Shown here in pieces: positions 43,882 through 53,533 of a stretch of 64,000 nucleotides of DNA. The DNA lies in IMG/VR virus record IMGVR_UViG_3300042453_001086, positions 125,883 through 189,882 of that record; one strand, written 5' to 3'. The notes below the pieces were generated by a model. The model saw only the letters and a list, made by a program, of their open reading frames with translations, was not told the DNA's origin and did not search any database. The position numbers and the translations under genes are program-made. The DNA comes from a virus. Each line of letters starts with the position of its first letter. The stretch's first letter is position 1.

Positions 43882-46542
43882 TTATGGACAATCAACAACT
43901 TCAGCAACCCCAGAAGGAGCAACTTCATTAACAAGTGAAACAAAGTTTTTATTATCTAGGCAAGATAGCGATGGGATTACTTTTGCACCCATCCCAGAAC
44001 CTTCGATAACAACAGTTGGGAAAGTATCAAATGTTTTTGTTTTGTTAATAACTTGAACATCTACCAAATAACCGTTGCTATCAACAATAGCCTTTGCGAT
44101 AGTGGCATCACCATTTACATATATGGTAGGTTCTTTTGTATATCCGATTCCAGGTCTAATGATAACAAATCCATCTATAACACATTGCTTGTTAGAACTT
44201 CTGTTTGGAACGTATCCTCTGCCAGGTCTTTGAACTAAAATCTTTGTTAACTTTCCACTATCATCAAGAACAGCCTTGGCGGAAGCTCCTACACCTTCGC
44301 CATATATTTTAATAAATGGTGGAAAAATATATGGATCTCCAGGATCTTCAATCGGAATGTCAATAATCTTACCATCATCATCAACTTCTGGTTCGCCAAT
44401 AACAGGTGGTCTAAATGTTGGTGGTTGTGGCGTAGATGGTTGATCGACCAAATTTTGAATAGTGAATAACTTTGTTCTAGAAGCAACATTATAAGTTACT
44501 GATCTAGACCCAGTAAAACTAACTGTATCAGAAATTTGAATAGTTTTAACTGCTACACCCTTATTCATAGTGACTTTACCAATAATAGTACCACCAACAA
44601 AATCACCCGATTGAACCAATCCAAATAAAACATAATCAAAAACAGTACCGTCTTCCACAGTACCAGACAAATCTTTCAACGTAAATGTTATTTTTTCTCC
44701 AGGTGTAACCACTGTTTTATCTGATGATAATGAATATGAAACAAAAGGTGATGTAGTAGGAACGTCTGAAGATGGAGTATACGTTACTGTATTTCCAGAC
44801 CCAGCGACAATCGACAGCAATCCTAAGGTTTCGGTTTCAACTTCAATAACATCTATATTTGCTACTGTAGCACGGAATGCAGAAAACGAGAATATTCCTG
44901 ATCCATTTACAGACGCCACCATAGGTAGCGATGTTGGTGTATCTCCATCTCCGTCATCATCACCATCACCAGGCAAATCATCGTCATCTGGATTGAAAGG
45001 ATCTGGGAAATCATCAAAGAAATCATCTCCAAATGGATCATCTGGCGGATCCAATGAATCTTCTGGATCTCCTGTAAACTCATCTGGGTTTGGTTCACCT
45101 CCAGATACATCAGCCTCAGTCAAAGATGGGCAAGGAATAGCAGTTGATTCTTCACATGATGTTTGTAATGGAGCGGGTGAAACATCATCTTGTATATCAG
45201 CAATAAGTTTATCTAATGCTGCAAAATCATCCTCTCCTGGTTTTTTCTTCGGTCCTGTACAGTTTTGTTGCTGTTCTGCATCTCTACATTTATTTCCATT
45301 TCCTGTACAAGTTATCCCCAAAAGTTCAAAGATGTATGCAAGAGCTTCACCCAAAATGTTCAAAGGACTTGCAATAATACCCAGCAGTGCTTGCAATGGA
45401 CCCAATATCGCATCTACTAATCCTGTTAAAAAAGACTCTATCTCAGATAAAACTTCTGATACAATAGATTCTATTACGCAAGTAGCACCATTAACAACAC
45501 TCGTTAAAAGATCTGTGATTAGATTAGTAAGAAAATCTAGAAGTTTTTGTTCTAAGTCTGCTATAGAACAGTTGATTAAACCCAGTTGCTCATTCAACCA
45601 TTTAATAATAGAACCAAGCACACCAGTCTTTTTGGTTTTTATTGCTTCCCCTGTTTTTGGATCTATAGTTGGTGCTGGTATCCCCATGCAGAACTTTATG
45701 ACTGCGCTAACTCCTTGCTTGATCAGTGCCAACAACTGACCTTTTGCTCTTTCTATATAAGATCTAACAACCCCAAAAGCTCTATTGATATATCCTTTTG
45801 CAGCATTTGCATAATCAACTAAAGTGCCCGTTGCACTACTCAACAACTGCGTTCCAACTTGCCCACCACTACTGGAAATAGCACCAAATAACTCAGTCAA
45901 TACGTTTTGTAATCCAGTCTTAGATTGTTCTGTATCTTTACATGCTACATCAGCAACCGTAGCACACGAAAATCTAGTTGACGTTGCAGTAGGACTATAT
46001 GGTACTCCAGATTGAGCTACTGCTGGCGGTGGACCTGGATTATTAGTTCCCTTTCCTTCCACATCTCCAGTATTTCCTGGTCTAGCAGCCGCATTTTTAG
46101 GATCACCGACAGGTTGTGCAAGATATGGATTGGTTGGTGGAATATATCTAGAGAATGCTAGACATTCTGTAGCAGCATTACTAGAACTCAAATCATTTTT
46201 ATCTGTTGAGTTGGTAACTTTCTGCAAACTGCCCATAATGATTGGTTGTTGCCCAACTGCTCCATCCATAAAAAATCCAACAACCCAATCTCCTTTTTGT
46301 AACTTAGCAGGAGAATAGTTGCTGTTTCCTTCGCTAGAAGGTGCTGTAACGGGCAGCATTACTACAGCCCAAGGCAAATCTTCAACAGGAACAGCAGTGC
46401 AACTTTTTACATGCTGCCCGACAATGCGAACTTTATACCTGTTAGAATTTTTTACACCATCTTCCGTCTCTACTTGCCCTATCCACCAGTAGAAACCATC
46501 TTTTCCAGCAAAGTTAACAGGTAAGTTAAGTTCGGGTAACAT
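43882..46542 (-). CDS. gp5: baseplate hub subunit gp5 (N-terminal OB fold)
   Basis: FYWWIGQVE..RYKVRIVG.H..DLPWA..GDWVVGFFMDG..QQPIIMGSL. Confidence 0.85.
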   Translation of the reverse strand: MLPELNLPVNFAGKDGFYWWIGQVETEDGVKNSNRYKVRIVGQHVKSCTAVPVEDLPWAVVMLPVTAPSSEGNSNYSPAKLQKGDWVVGFFMDGAVGQQPIIMGSLQKVTNSTDKNDLSSSNAATECLAFSRYIPPTNPYLAQPVGDPKNAAARPGNTGDVEGKGTNNPGPPPAVAQSGVPYSPTATSTRFSCATVADVACKDTEQSKTGLQNVLTELFGAISSSGGQVGTQLLSSATGTLVDYANAAKGYINRAFGVVRSYIERAKGQLLALIKQGVSAVIKFCMGIPAPTIDPKTGEAIKTKKTGVLGSIIKWLNEQLGLINCSIADLEQKLLDFLTNLITDLLTSVVNGATCVIESIVSEVLSEIESFLTGLVDAILGPLQALLGIIASPLNILGEALAYIFELLGITCTGNGNKCRDAEQQQNCTGPKKKPGEDDFAALDKLIADIQDDVSPAPLQTSCEESTAIPCPSLTEADVSGGEPNPDEFTGDPEDSLDPPDDPFGDDFFDDFPDPFNPDDDDLPGDGDDDGDGDTPTSLPMVASVNGSGIFSFSAFRATVANIDVIEVETETLGLLSIVAGSGNTVTYTPSSDVPTTSPFVSYSLSSDKTVVTPGEKITFTLKDLSGTVEDGTVFDYVLFGLVQSGDFVGGTIIGKVTMNKGVAVKTIQISDTVSFTGSRSVTYNVASRTKLFTIQNLVDQPSTPQPPTFRPPVIGEPEVDDDGKIIDIPIEDPGDPYIFPPFIKIYGEGVGASAKAVLDDSGKLTKILVQRPGRGYVPNRSSNKQCVIDGFVIIRPGIGYTKEPTIYVNGDATIAKAIVDSNGYLVDVQVINKTKTFDTFPTVVIEGSGMGAKVIPSLSCLDNKNFVSLVNEVAPSGVAEVVDCP

Positions 46543-46760
46543 CAGACCTCATATACTCTACATTCTAATGCTTCTGGATTATCATTACAATATAAATCCA
46601 GTGCGGTTGGATCTGCATCTTTATCAGGATGCTTTTGGTGGTATCTTTCTAGTTGCTCAAGTTCTTCTTCGGCATGTCTTCTGGATTGAGAAGATGCCAT
46701 AGGATCTCCAACAATCTTACGATCACGCTCAATGTGATCATGTATAGTTTTGTCTGTCAT
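46542..46760 (-). CDS. cp12: CP12 Calvin-cycle inhibitor (auxiliary metabolic gene)
   Basis: RRHAEEELEQL..PTALDLYCNDNPEALECRVYEV, the cyanophage CP12 signature. Confidence 0.9.
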   Translation of the reverse strand: MTDKTIHDHIERDRKIVGDPMASSQSRRHAEEELEQLERYHQKHPDKDADPTALDLYCNDNPEALECRVYEV

Positions 46761-46765
46761 ATAGT

Positions 46766-48199
46766 TTAACTCCCTAAGTTATCTCGGATTAGTTCTAGAT
46801 TACAAACCGCAATCAACCCTTTATCATTATCTCTCAACACTTCATATGATATTTTTTTGATTAGATATAATCCACTGTTAGCTTTGTCGAATCTTTCTTC
46901 TTCTCGCTTGGACTGTACCGATTGATTGGGTAGTTTTACGTTTAGTTTATCCCCTGCCCTCAGATTAAAATTGATGGGTATAGTAATATTTAGCACCTGA
47001 TTGTTCAGTATCATACCTCTACTGATCGATTGTGCTAACCACTGTTTCTTGAAATCAGGGAACTCTGCTTTCCCTCCTAAATCTGGATTAGCAATATCAG
47101 AAGTATCATGGAAAGTTTCATGATCAAAACACTGCAACATAATACGTGTTGGGTATTCTGATAATGTTTTGATCGTATCAGGAATCTTTTCGTCTGTTCC
47201 TAAATGCACCATTTGTGGATATTCTTTACTTAAATCAAAGAAATACTCTTCGTATTCGCAACTTGATGGATTGAAGAAAGTTATCATTGAGGAATACACG
47301 CCATAACGCATTTTCCTGAGAATATTTTCCTGACTTGAGAAAGAATAGTTTAATATCTTGTATGAGTTTTCTTCTGCTGTGTCTTGATCTCCTTGAGCAA
47401 AAGCATAAGTATAATCTCTGTGCTTTACTCCTGCTTGAATCATTGCGTCTATAGATTTGAATACATAACCATCATATCTCTCGAAAAACATATAACCAGC
47501 ACTACCAGAAACTACAGCAGCAGATTTAGCAGTAGCTGAGTTAGTGACTCCATTTTCTCCAGATGTTGATCCACTGCCAGAAGTAGATGATTTTGCATTT
47601 GTTACAGTAGGATTTGCTGAACTAGAAACACATTCTGGAAGAATAGATGTGATTACGTCAAAAGGTCTTTTTAAAGATGGGATTAACTTTATCTTATACT
47701 TACACGTCTCTGTGTCAACTATTTTTTTGTCAGATTTAACAAAATTATTGATTAAATCAGATGCTATTGCATCTCCAGTTCCTTTCAATACTTTACCCAC
47801 TCTAAGAGTTTCATTACGCAACGCTTCCTCTGAAAACAAATCAAGTATGTAAAGTTGTTTACTGGTCGATACTATGCGGTTTCGGATACCATAAACAACA
47901 AACTTCCACTTATAAGTCTCTTCTGATATATTTGGTGCCTGTAGTTCAATATTAACGGTTTCTGTGCCAACAATAGGAACAGAACCAACCAAGTTAATAG
48001 CAGTATCAAATATCATTAACTCTGCCATCATAGTGTAACTTTCAACATTTTCGTATATTTTAATACCAACTATCTGTGCTTCTGGATTTTTTCCAGTAAG
48101 CATATGTTCCTTCCCTTTAGTATCAGTTATGCTAACTTTTTTAACTACTGCGTTTAAATCTAATCCCATTACATTGACCCCCAAGGTGATGATAAGCAA
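46766..48199 (-). CDS. baseplate hub protein (gp27/GpD-like)
   Basis: IYENVES..LMIFDTAINL..G.E; GYMFFERYDGYVFKSID; ITIP.NF.LRAGD..SGLYLIKKISY. Confidence 0.65.
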   Translation of the reverse strand: MLIITLGVNVMGLDLNAVVKKVSITDTKGKEHMLTGKNPEAQIVGIKIYENVESYTMMAELMIFDTAINLVGSVPIVGTETVNIELQAPNISEETYKWKFVVYGIRNRIVSTSKQLYILDLFSEEALRNETLRVGKVLKGTGDAIASDLINNFVKSDKKIVDTETCKYKIKLIPSLKRPFDVITSILPECVSSSANPTVTNAKSSTSGSGSTSGENGVTNSATAKSAAVVSGSAGYMFFERYDGYVFKSIDAMIQAGVKHRDYTYAFAQGDQDTAEENSYKILNYSFSSQENILRKMRYGVYSSMITFFNPSSCEYEEYFFDLSKEYPQMVHLGTDEKIPDTIKTLSEYPTRIMLQCFDHETFHDTSDIANPDLGGKAEFPDFKKQWLAQSISRGMILNNQVLNITIPINFNLRAGDKLNVKLPNQSVQSKREEERFDKANSGLYLIKKISYEVLRDNDKGLIAVCNLELIRDNLGS

Positions 48200-50991
48200 A
48201 GAACTGATGCGAGACCATTACATGTAGGGTCACTAGCATATTCTGCAGTATTTTGTGTAGATCCTTGTGGTTTTTGGATAGTTGGAGAAGACCCACCAGA
48301 TTGAATGACATTAATAACAGCCATCTCTGACATACCATCAGCAACTTGATTTGTTGCCGTTGGAGCTGGAGATGACGGCACAGATTTTGGCGGGGATGCT
48401 GATTTAGTTGGAGATCCTACAGAACCAGAAGTACTAACACCAACAACAGAAGCTAACATTTTTGTCATCTTCTCTATTTCATCAACTCTCTGCTCAATAG
48501 TGATCTTATTTACTTGAGTCATTCCAAACATAGATCCGCCTTTTTCGTGACCAAGCATTTCTTTAATAGCAGCATCAGTTGCCGCTCTCCTATTACTGAG
48601 ACCTTGTGCAGTGCTTCCCATATTTCCAGCACTAGCAGATCTTTGTAGTGAAGAAACTGCCTTATCAGAAGCACCTTGACCCATAGGTGTTGTCATCCAT
48701 CTAGTAAGACGTTGGAACCATCCACCGTCTTCAAATGATGTCAAAGAACTTTGTTTTGGTATTGCTATTTCTGGTCCGTGCAATCCACCCAAATCTTGTT
48801 TCTCAGTTTGTCTGGACCACACTGGAGTTGCATTCCTATTATCAACCAACTTATCATTTGCTCTATAACTGTATTCACCATTTTTGATGACATTTGCATT
48901 ATTAAATGGATTCCAGTCTTTTTGAGTACTTACTCTCCTCACCACACCACTACTCATATCTCGGACTAAATCAAAACTATCTGCTTTTCCTTGCTTTTGT
49001 ATCTCATCCAAATACATTTGAACAACTTGTTCTCCTGGTCTCCACTTGTATATTTGACCTTTGTTATCATACCAGTATTTTCCATTGCTTCCAACAACAG
49101 GGTTTAAATCTGCACTAGGCACCGTAAGTTTATCACCTGTGCCTAAAGCAACTTGTGTTCCCTTGACCTTTTCCGTGGTCATCATTGCCTGTTCACCCTC
49201 TGCCTTATTGATTCCTTTTGGATCTGGTCTTTCCATTGCCGCGCCAGCACCAGGAATATTTTCGAGGGTTTGTTTTGTATCTTCCTGTCTTTCTTGAGAT
49301 CTTCCCGCATTAGCATCTCCAGTTGGAGCAGGTGTGTCAGTTTGAGCACCAGCACCAGTGTCTTTTTTCTTTGCTCCCAGTGCTTCTAAAGACCCAGAAA
49401 TAAGAGTTTCCAAAAACTTATTCTTTTCTCTCTTTGATTTACCATCATCTTTAAACTTGGCACCACCAATCTTTAAGTTTGGTAAGACTTGCGACATTCC
49501 AAACTGCCTGGCAAGATTTTGAACATCTGGACCTAATGCTTGTGCTACTGGCGCTCCCAGTGGACCCATACCTTTCACAAACTGATCGACAACTGCAAGC
49601 ATCGAACCACCAGAGGCTTTTATTCCAGGATCTTCAGATTCTTTTGAAATAGCAGCATCTGCAGTAGAACTGTTCAAATCAACTACACTTTCTTTTCCCG
49701 CCTCTCCTATCATCACACCACCTGATGACATCTTAGACATTGGATTAAACGCATTAATAATATCCCAACCAAGTAATCCTAAGTCAGCAACCATTGAAGT
49801 TCCTTCTGCAGCAGCAGGAACAACAGCACCAGCTCCAGTTAAAGCAGCAGCAGAAGTAACCGTCGCTGTGCCACCAGCCGCGCCTCCGAGACCCGCCAAC
49901 CATGCTCCCACTGCATCGCCCTTCTTCGCTCTATCCACAGCTTCTGCTGCACTAAAACCAGTTCCTGCAACAGGAAGCATTCTTCCACCGAACTTAGCGC
50001 CAGCAGCACCAAGTCTGCGAGTTATTGGATTATTTACAAGACCTTCACCGACTCCCTTTGCTTTTCCTAGTAATCCAGATCCAAAATCAGCGATACCTTG
50101 AACTTTTCCTTTCCCCCATCCAATAGCATCACTAGTTTTTCCTTTGATACTATCGCCAATATTTCTTAGTTGACCACCCAACCCCTGCTGGGCATTTATA
50201 TTTCTAGCATTTGCTCTGGAAGTTTTTGCTGCATCGTCATAATATCCTTTAGGACCAGATGGACCTTTGGGAACATCTGTCTTTGGTTTGAATGGATTTA
50301 ATCTGGATAATCTAGAAGTAATAAATCTACCAATACCCTTCTCGATTGCTGCATTGATCATTGCTTCGGTAAGTGTTTTACCGCCTGTTTTCACTGATCC
50401 AGACATCCCAAACATACCAGAAGATCCAGATGCTCCAGATCCACCAGAAGGTCTCTCTCCACCCATCAACTCAATCATCTCACCTTGAGCTTCAAGTTGA
50501 TCTGCTAAAATCGCTTGGATACCAGATATACCATTAGAAGTAAAACTACTTGACTGCAACTGTGAGTTTAACAGTTGAGTGATAGCAGTTAATCCACCTT
50601 GAATAGCAGTTGTGTCTGCAACTAAAGATCCAAATCCTCCTGTAAGGATTTTTGCCAGTCCCGCTCCAGTTCCACCAGAAGACCTCGTTCCACCACCCCC
50701 AGAACCACTAGATTTGCTAGAAGGATTTGGTTTTGGTGGCATTTTATAGTTGAAATGTTCACTAAAAGATTTTTTTCCGCTAAAAAATCCCCCACCCAAG
50801 TTATGCGCTAACGCTTTTCTATATAATCCTTTTTTATCCTTTTCGTCTACCTGTCCACCTTTTTCTTCTACTTTTTTTTGTCTTTCTTTCTCTTTCCTGG
50901 CATCATCCCTGGATTTCATAGCTTTTTCCGCTATGAATCCACCTAACGTTCGACCGCCAGCAGCCTGAGATTGTTCTACGCCAAAAGACAT
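48169..50991 (-). CDS. large tail/baseplate protein (tape-measure/gp29-like)
   Basis: Low-complexity helical and Gly-zipper segments; position in the baseplate operon. Confidence 0.55.
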   Translation of the reverse strand: MSFGVEQSQAAGGRTLGGFIAEKAMKSRDDARKEKERQKKVEEKGGQVDEKDKKGLYRKALAHNLGGGFFSGKKSFSEHFNYKMPPKPNPSSKSSGSGGGGTRSSGGTGAGLAKILTGGFGSLVADTTAIQGGLTAITQLLNSQLQSSSFTSNGISGIQAILADQLEAQGEMIELMGGERPSGGSGASGSSGMFGMSGSVKTGGKTLTEAMINAAIEKGIGRFITSRLSRLNPFKPKTDVPKGPSGPKGYYDDAAKTSRANARNINAQQGLGGQLRNIGDSIKGKTSDAIGWGKGKVQGIADFGSGLLGKAKGVGEGLVNNPITRRLGAAGAKFGGRMLPVAGTGFSAAEAVDRAKKGDAVGAWLAGLGGAAGGTATVTSAAALTGAGAVVPAAAEGTSMVADLGLLGWDIINAFNPMSKMSSGGVMIGEAGKESVVDLNSSTADAAISKESEDPGIKASGGSMLAVVDQFVKGMGPLGAPVAQALGPDVQNLARQFGMSQVLPNLKIGGAKFKDDGKSKREKNKFLETLISGSLEALGAKKKDTGAGAQTDTPAPTGDANAGRSQERQEDTKQTLENIPGAGAAMERPDPKGINKAEGEQAMMTTEKVKGTQVALGTGDKLTVPSADLNPVVGSNGKYWYDNKGQIYKWRPGEQVVQMYLDEIQKQGKADSFDLVRDMSSGVVRRVSTQKDWNPFNNANVIKNGEYSYRANDKLVDNRNATPVWSRQTEKQDLGGLHGPEIAIPKQSSLTSFEDGGWFQRLTRWMTTPMGQGASDKAVSSLQRSASAGNMGSTAQGLSNRRAATDAAIKEMLGHEKGGSMFGMTQVNKITIEQRVDEIEKMTKMLASVVGVSTSGSVGSPTKSASPPKSVPSSPAPTATNQVADGMSEMAVINVIQSGGSSPTIQKPQGSTQNTAEYASDPTCNGLASVLCLSSPWGSM

Positions 50992-51017
50992 GTATCGACC
51001 CTATTTTATATTAATAT

Positions 51018-53432
51018 TTATCGAGTGCGTTGCATAGTCAACTCTCTCAAGAATCTAAGAGGATTGAACGAATATGAAGTAGATTGCGTAGGTTTGCTAG
51101 AAGATCTAGTCACTGACGGGGAAGATCCTCCTCCACCCACATTATTCACAACTACTTTTTTATCTGGTTTTGATGCCGTTGCTGTATTTAGATTTCGTGG
51201 ACCAGAAAGAACCAACGCCTTTTCATTTTTTTCTCTTGCTGGCAATCCTCTATCAATATTAGCAGCAACAGCATTCATATCCCCTCTACTCAGAGCAGCA
51301 TACATCTTAGGAGCTCCAGTTCCTAACAAATGCGCTGGTTGATTATACCCATAAGCAAGTAATCCTGCTTGCTGCTTTGATGACATTTTATTCCAATATT
51401 TCTGATACCATTTTTGACCGCTCAATGTTTTGACATAGTTATTGACCAATCCCGTCAGCAACGAATCTGCTTTTGCTTTAGTTATAGTATCTCCTGGTTT
51501 AACTGCTTTTCTACCCGCAGTAATAGAATCATAATACGTCATACCCCACCCAATCGTAGTTCTATCTCCAGAAACTCCAGTTTCATAAGCGTGTAAAGGG
51601 GTGGATGTAGATATTTTAGACCAAGGAGTAGATGAAACTATACTTTTTCCATTCTTCACGATATAATCATTCTTTCCTCTAGATAAAGAAGACAATGCCT
51701 CATCATGTTGTATCGCTTTTACTCCTTCAGAGACTCCACCTGATGCAAAAAGTGACGCAACTTTTGCTTCTAATCCAGATGCGATTTCTGACCACCTTTC
51801 CATCACACCCATAGGATCTTCTTTTATGCTATATTCTTTATTTTCCAAGGGATAAACTTCAAATCCACCGTCAAACACGCGAACGATTTCTTTACCGTGT
51901 AGAGTAACTGGTAATCCTTGAATATTTGAATCAAAACCACTTTCAGGACCATCCACAATATAAGTATTCAATATTTTTTTTGAGTTTCCGACAGAAGTAC
52001 CTCTTGCTGCTGATATTTTAGCAAGAACTGCTTTTGAATCTGCGATTCTTTCTGCCTGTTCTCTCGGACCTTGATCTGCTGGTCTTTCATATTGCATCAA
52101 CACCCAGTTACTCGCTTGTTCTATTGTAGTTGATGCTTTAAATCTTCCACCAGAATCATATTTTGGAAATTCTTGTTTTAACATAGCGTAGTTCACAGCA
52201 TCAGTTAAAGGTTGTTTTTCGGGATCAACTCCCATGCTTTTAGCAAGATTATACAACTCTTGCTGCCTTCCTGGATCTGTCCATTGTGCCCATCCATATC
52301 CAATACCTTTTTTCATTGCTGTGGGTAGCAATCCTTTTTTAGATCCTTCTAATAAATCTGGTATCAAATTTGTATTTTCTTGTGTTAAGTTACCTACAAT
52401 AGCTGCTGCTTGGAAATCTTTGTATCCTAAATCTTTCATTAGCATTTTAGCTATTTTTGCTGCCTTTTCGGTGGCATTTCCAGTAAAATCTCCTGGATCA
52501 ACTACTTCACCATCAGTACCACCAGTAAGTGTTCTATCAATAAACTTTAAAATAAAGTTTTCATCACCCAAGAAAGAACGCCACGTCTTAGCAAAATCTT
52601 TCTGCGATGCATTCATTTCTAAAGTTGCTGCCCTAGCAGATCCACCAAGCAAACTACTTATTACACTTTCTCCAACACCCATTGCTACAGCAAATGGAGT
52701 AACCAAAGATTTAATATAAGGAACAAAAAATCCACCTAAAGGACCAGATTTTCTCAATAACTCAGAAACAAGATTTACCGATGCAATACCAGCTGCTTGC
52801 ATAGGTAGTTGCATTACATCTGCGTAAGGTGCTAAAGATTGAACTTTAGTCTTTTTGGATTTTCCTGGTGCTACCCCTCCCTCTGCTTTTTTGTCTGGGG
52901 ATTGGGGAGTATTTAATAAAGGTGGGGGAGTAATATTGTTGTCAGGCGATTCTTCAACAGATGTATTAGTATCTTCAGTTGGATTAATCGATGGTTCTTT
53001 ATATTCTGGTATTTCTTTTGGGAAGTCAGAATACTTATGGGCAACCGAAAGAAAAACTTGCTTTTCTAGCTCTGCTCTCTGAGTAAAAAGATCAGAAAGA
53101 ATAGAAATATTTTCAGAAAATATCGTTTCTTGTTCTGTTTGCTCTTCGAGAAGTTTAACTTGAGTATGCACTAAAGATTTTATCTTTTCTGTTTTTCTCG
53201 AAAGAGTCGTAAAAGATTGATTTAGACTTTCAGCAAAAGAAATCTGCGATTGCTGTTTATTTTTATTTTTCGATTTTTCTTTATCAGATTTTCTTCTATT
53301 AAGCAAAAACTCTGTTAAAGTTCCTGATTTTGCTTTTCTCGTACTTCTTGTTTTTTTGCCATCTGTCTTCTTAGCATCATCTCTCTTTTGTGATGCTTTT
53401 TCTATAATATATTCTGTTAGTGTTTTTGCCAT
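51018..53432 (-). CDS. virion protein with phage-tail-lysozyme and GH24-like lysozyme domains
   Basis: AAAIVGNLTQEN..GYGWAQWT..R..ERP; AYETGVSGDRTTIGWGMT..DTITKAKADSLL. Confidence 0.75.
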   Translation of the reverse strand: MAKTLTEYIIEKASQKRDDAKKTDGKKTRSTRKAKSGTLTEFLLNRRKSDKEKSKNKNKQQSQISFAESLNQSFTTLSRKTEKIKSLVHTQVKLLEEQTEQETIFSENISILSDLFTQRAELEKQVFLSVAHKYSDFPKEIPEYKEPSINPTEDTNTSVEESPDNNITPPPLLNTPQSPDKKAEGGVAPGKSKKTKVQSLAPYADVMQLPMQAAGIASVNLVSELLRKSGPLGGFFVPYIKSLVTPFAVAMGVGESVISSLLGGSARAATLEMNASQKDFAKTWRSFLGDENFILKFIDRTLTGGTDGEVVDPGDFTGNATEKAAKIAKMLMKDLGYKDFQAAAIVGNLTQENTNLIPDLLEGSKKGLLPTAMKKGIGYGWAQWTDPGRQQELYNLAKSMGVDPEKQPLTDAVNYAMLKQEFPKYDSGGRFKASTTIEQASNWVLMQYERPADQGPREQAERIADSKAVLAKISAARGTSVGNSKKILNTYIVDGPESGFDSNIQGLPVTLHGKEIVRVFDGGFEVYPLENKEYSIKEDPMGVMERWSEIASGLEAKVASLFASGGVSEGVKAIQHDEALSSLSRGKNDYIVKNGKSIVSSTPWSKISTSTPLHAYETGVSGDRTTIGWGMTYYDSITAGRKAVKPGDTITKAKADSLLTGLVNNYVKTLSGQKWYQKYWNKMSSKQQAGLLAYGYNQPAHLLGTGAPKMYAALSRGDMNAVAANIDRGLPAREKNEKALVLSGPRNLNTATASKPDKKVVVNNVGGGGSSPSVTRSSSKPTQSTSYSFNPLRFLRELTMQRTR

Positions 53433-53533
53433 AATCGACCTACTTAGCTAAAATATTTAGAAAAACCTTTTTAACCAAAAATTTGCCGCGATTTTTTTTG
53501 GACCAATTTGGTATTTGAGTGTCATTTTTGAAA

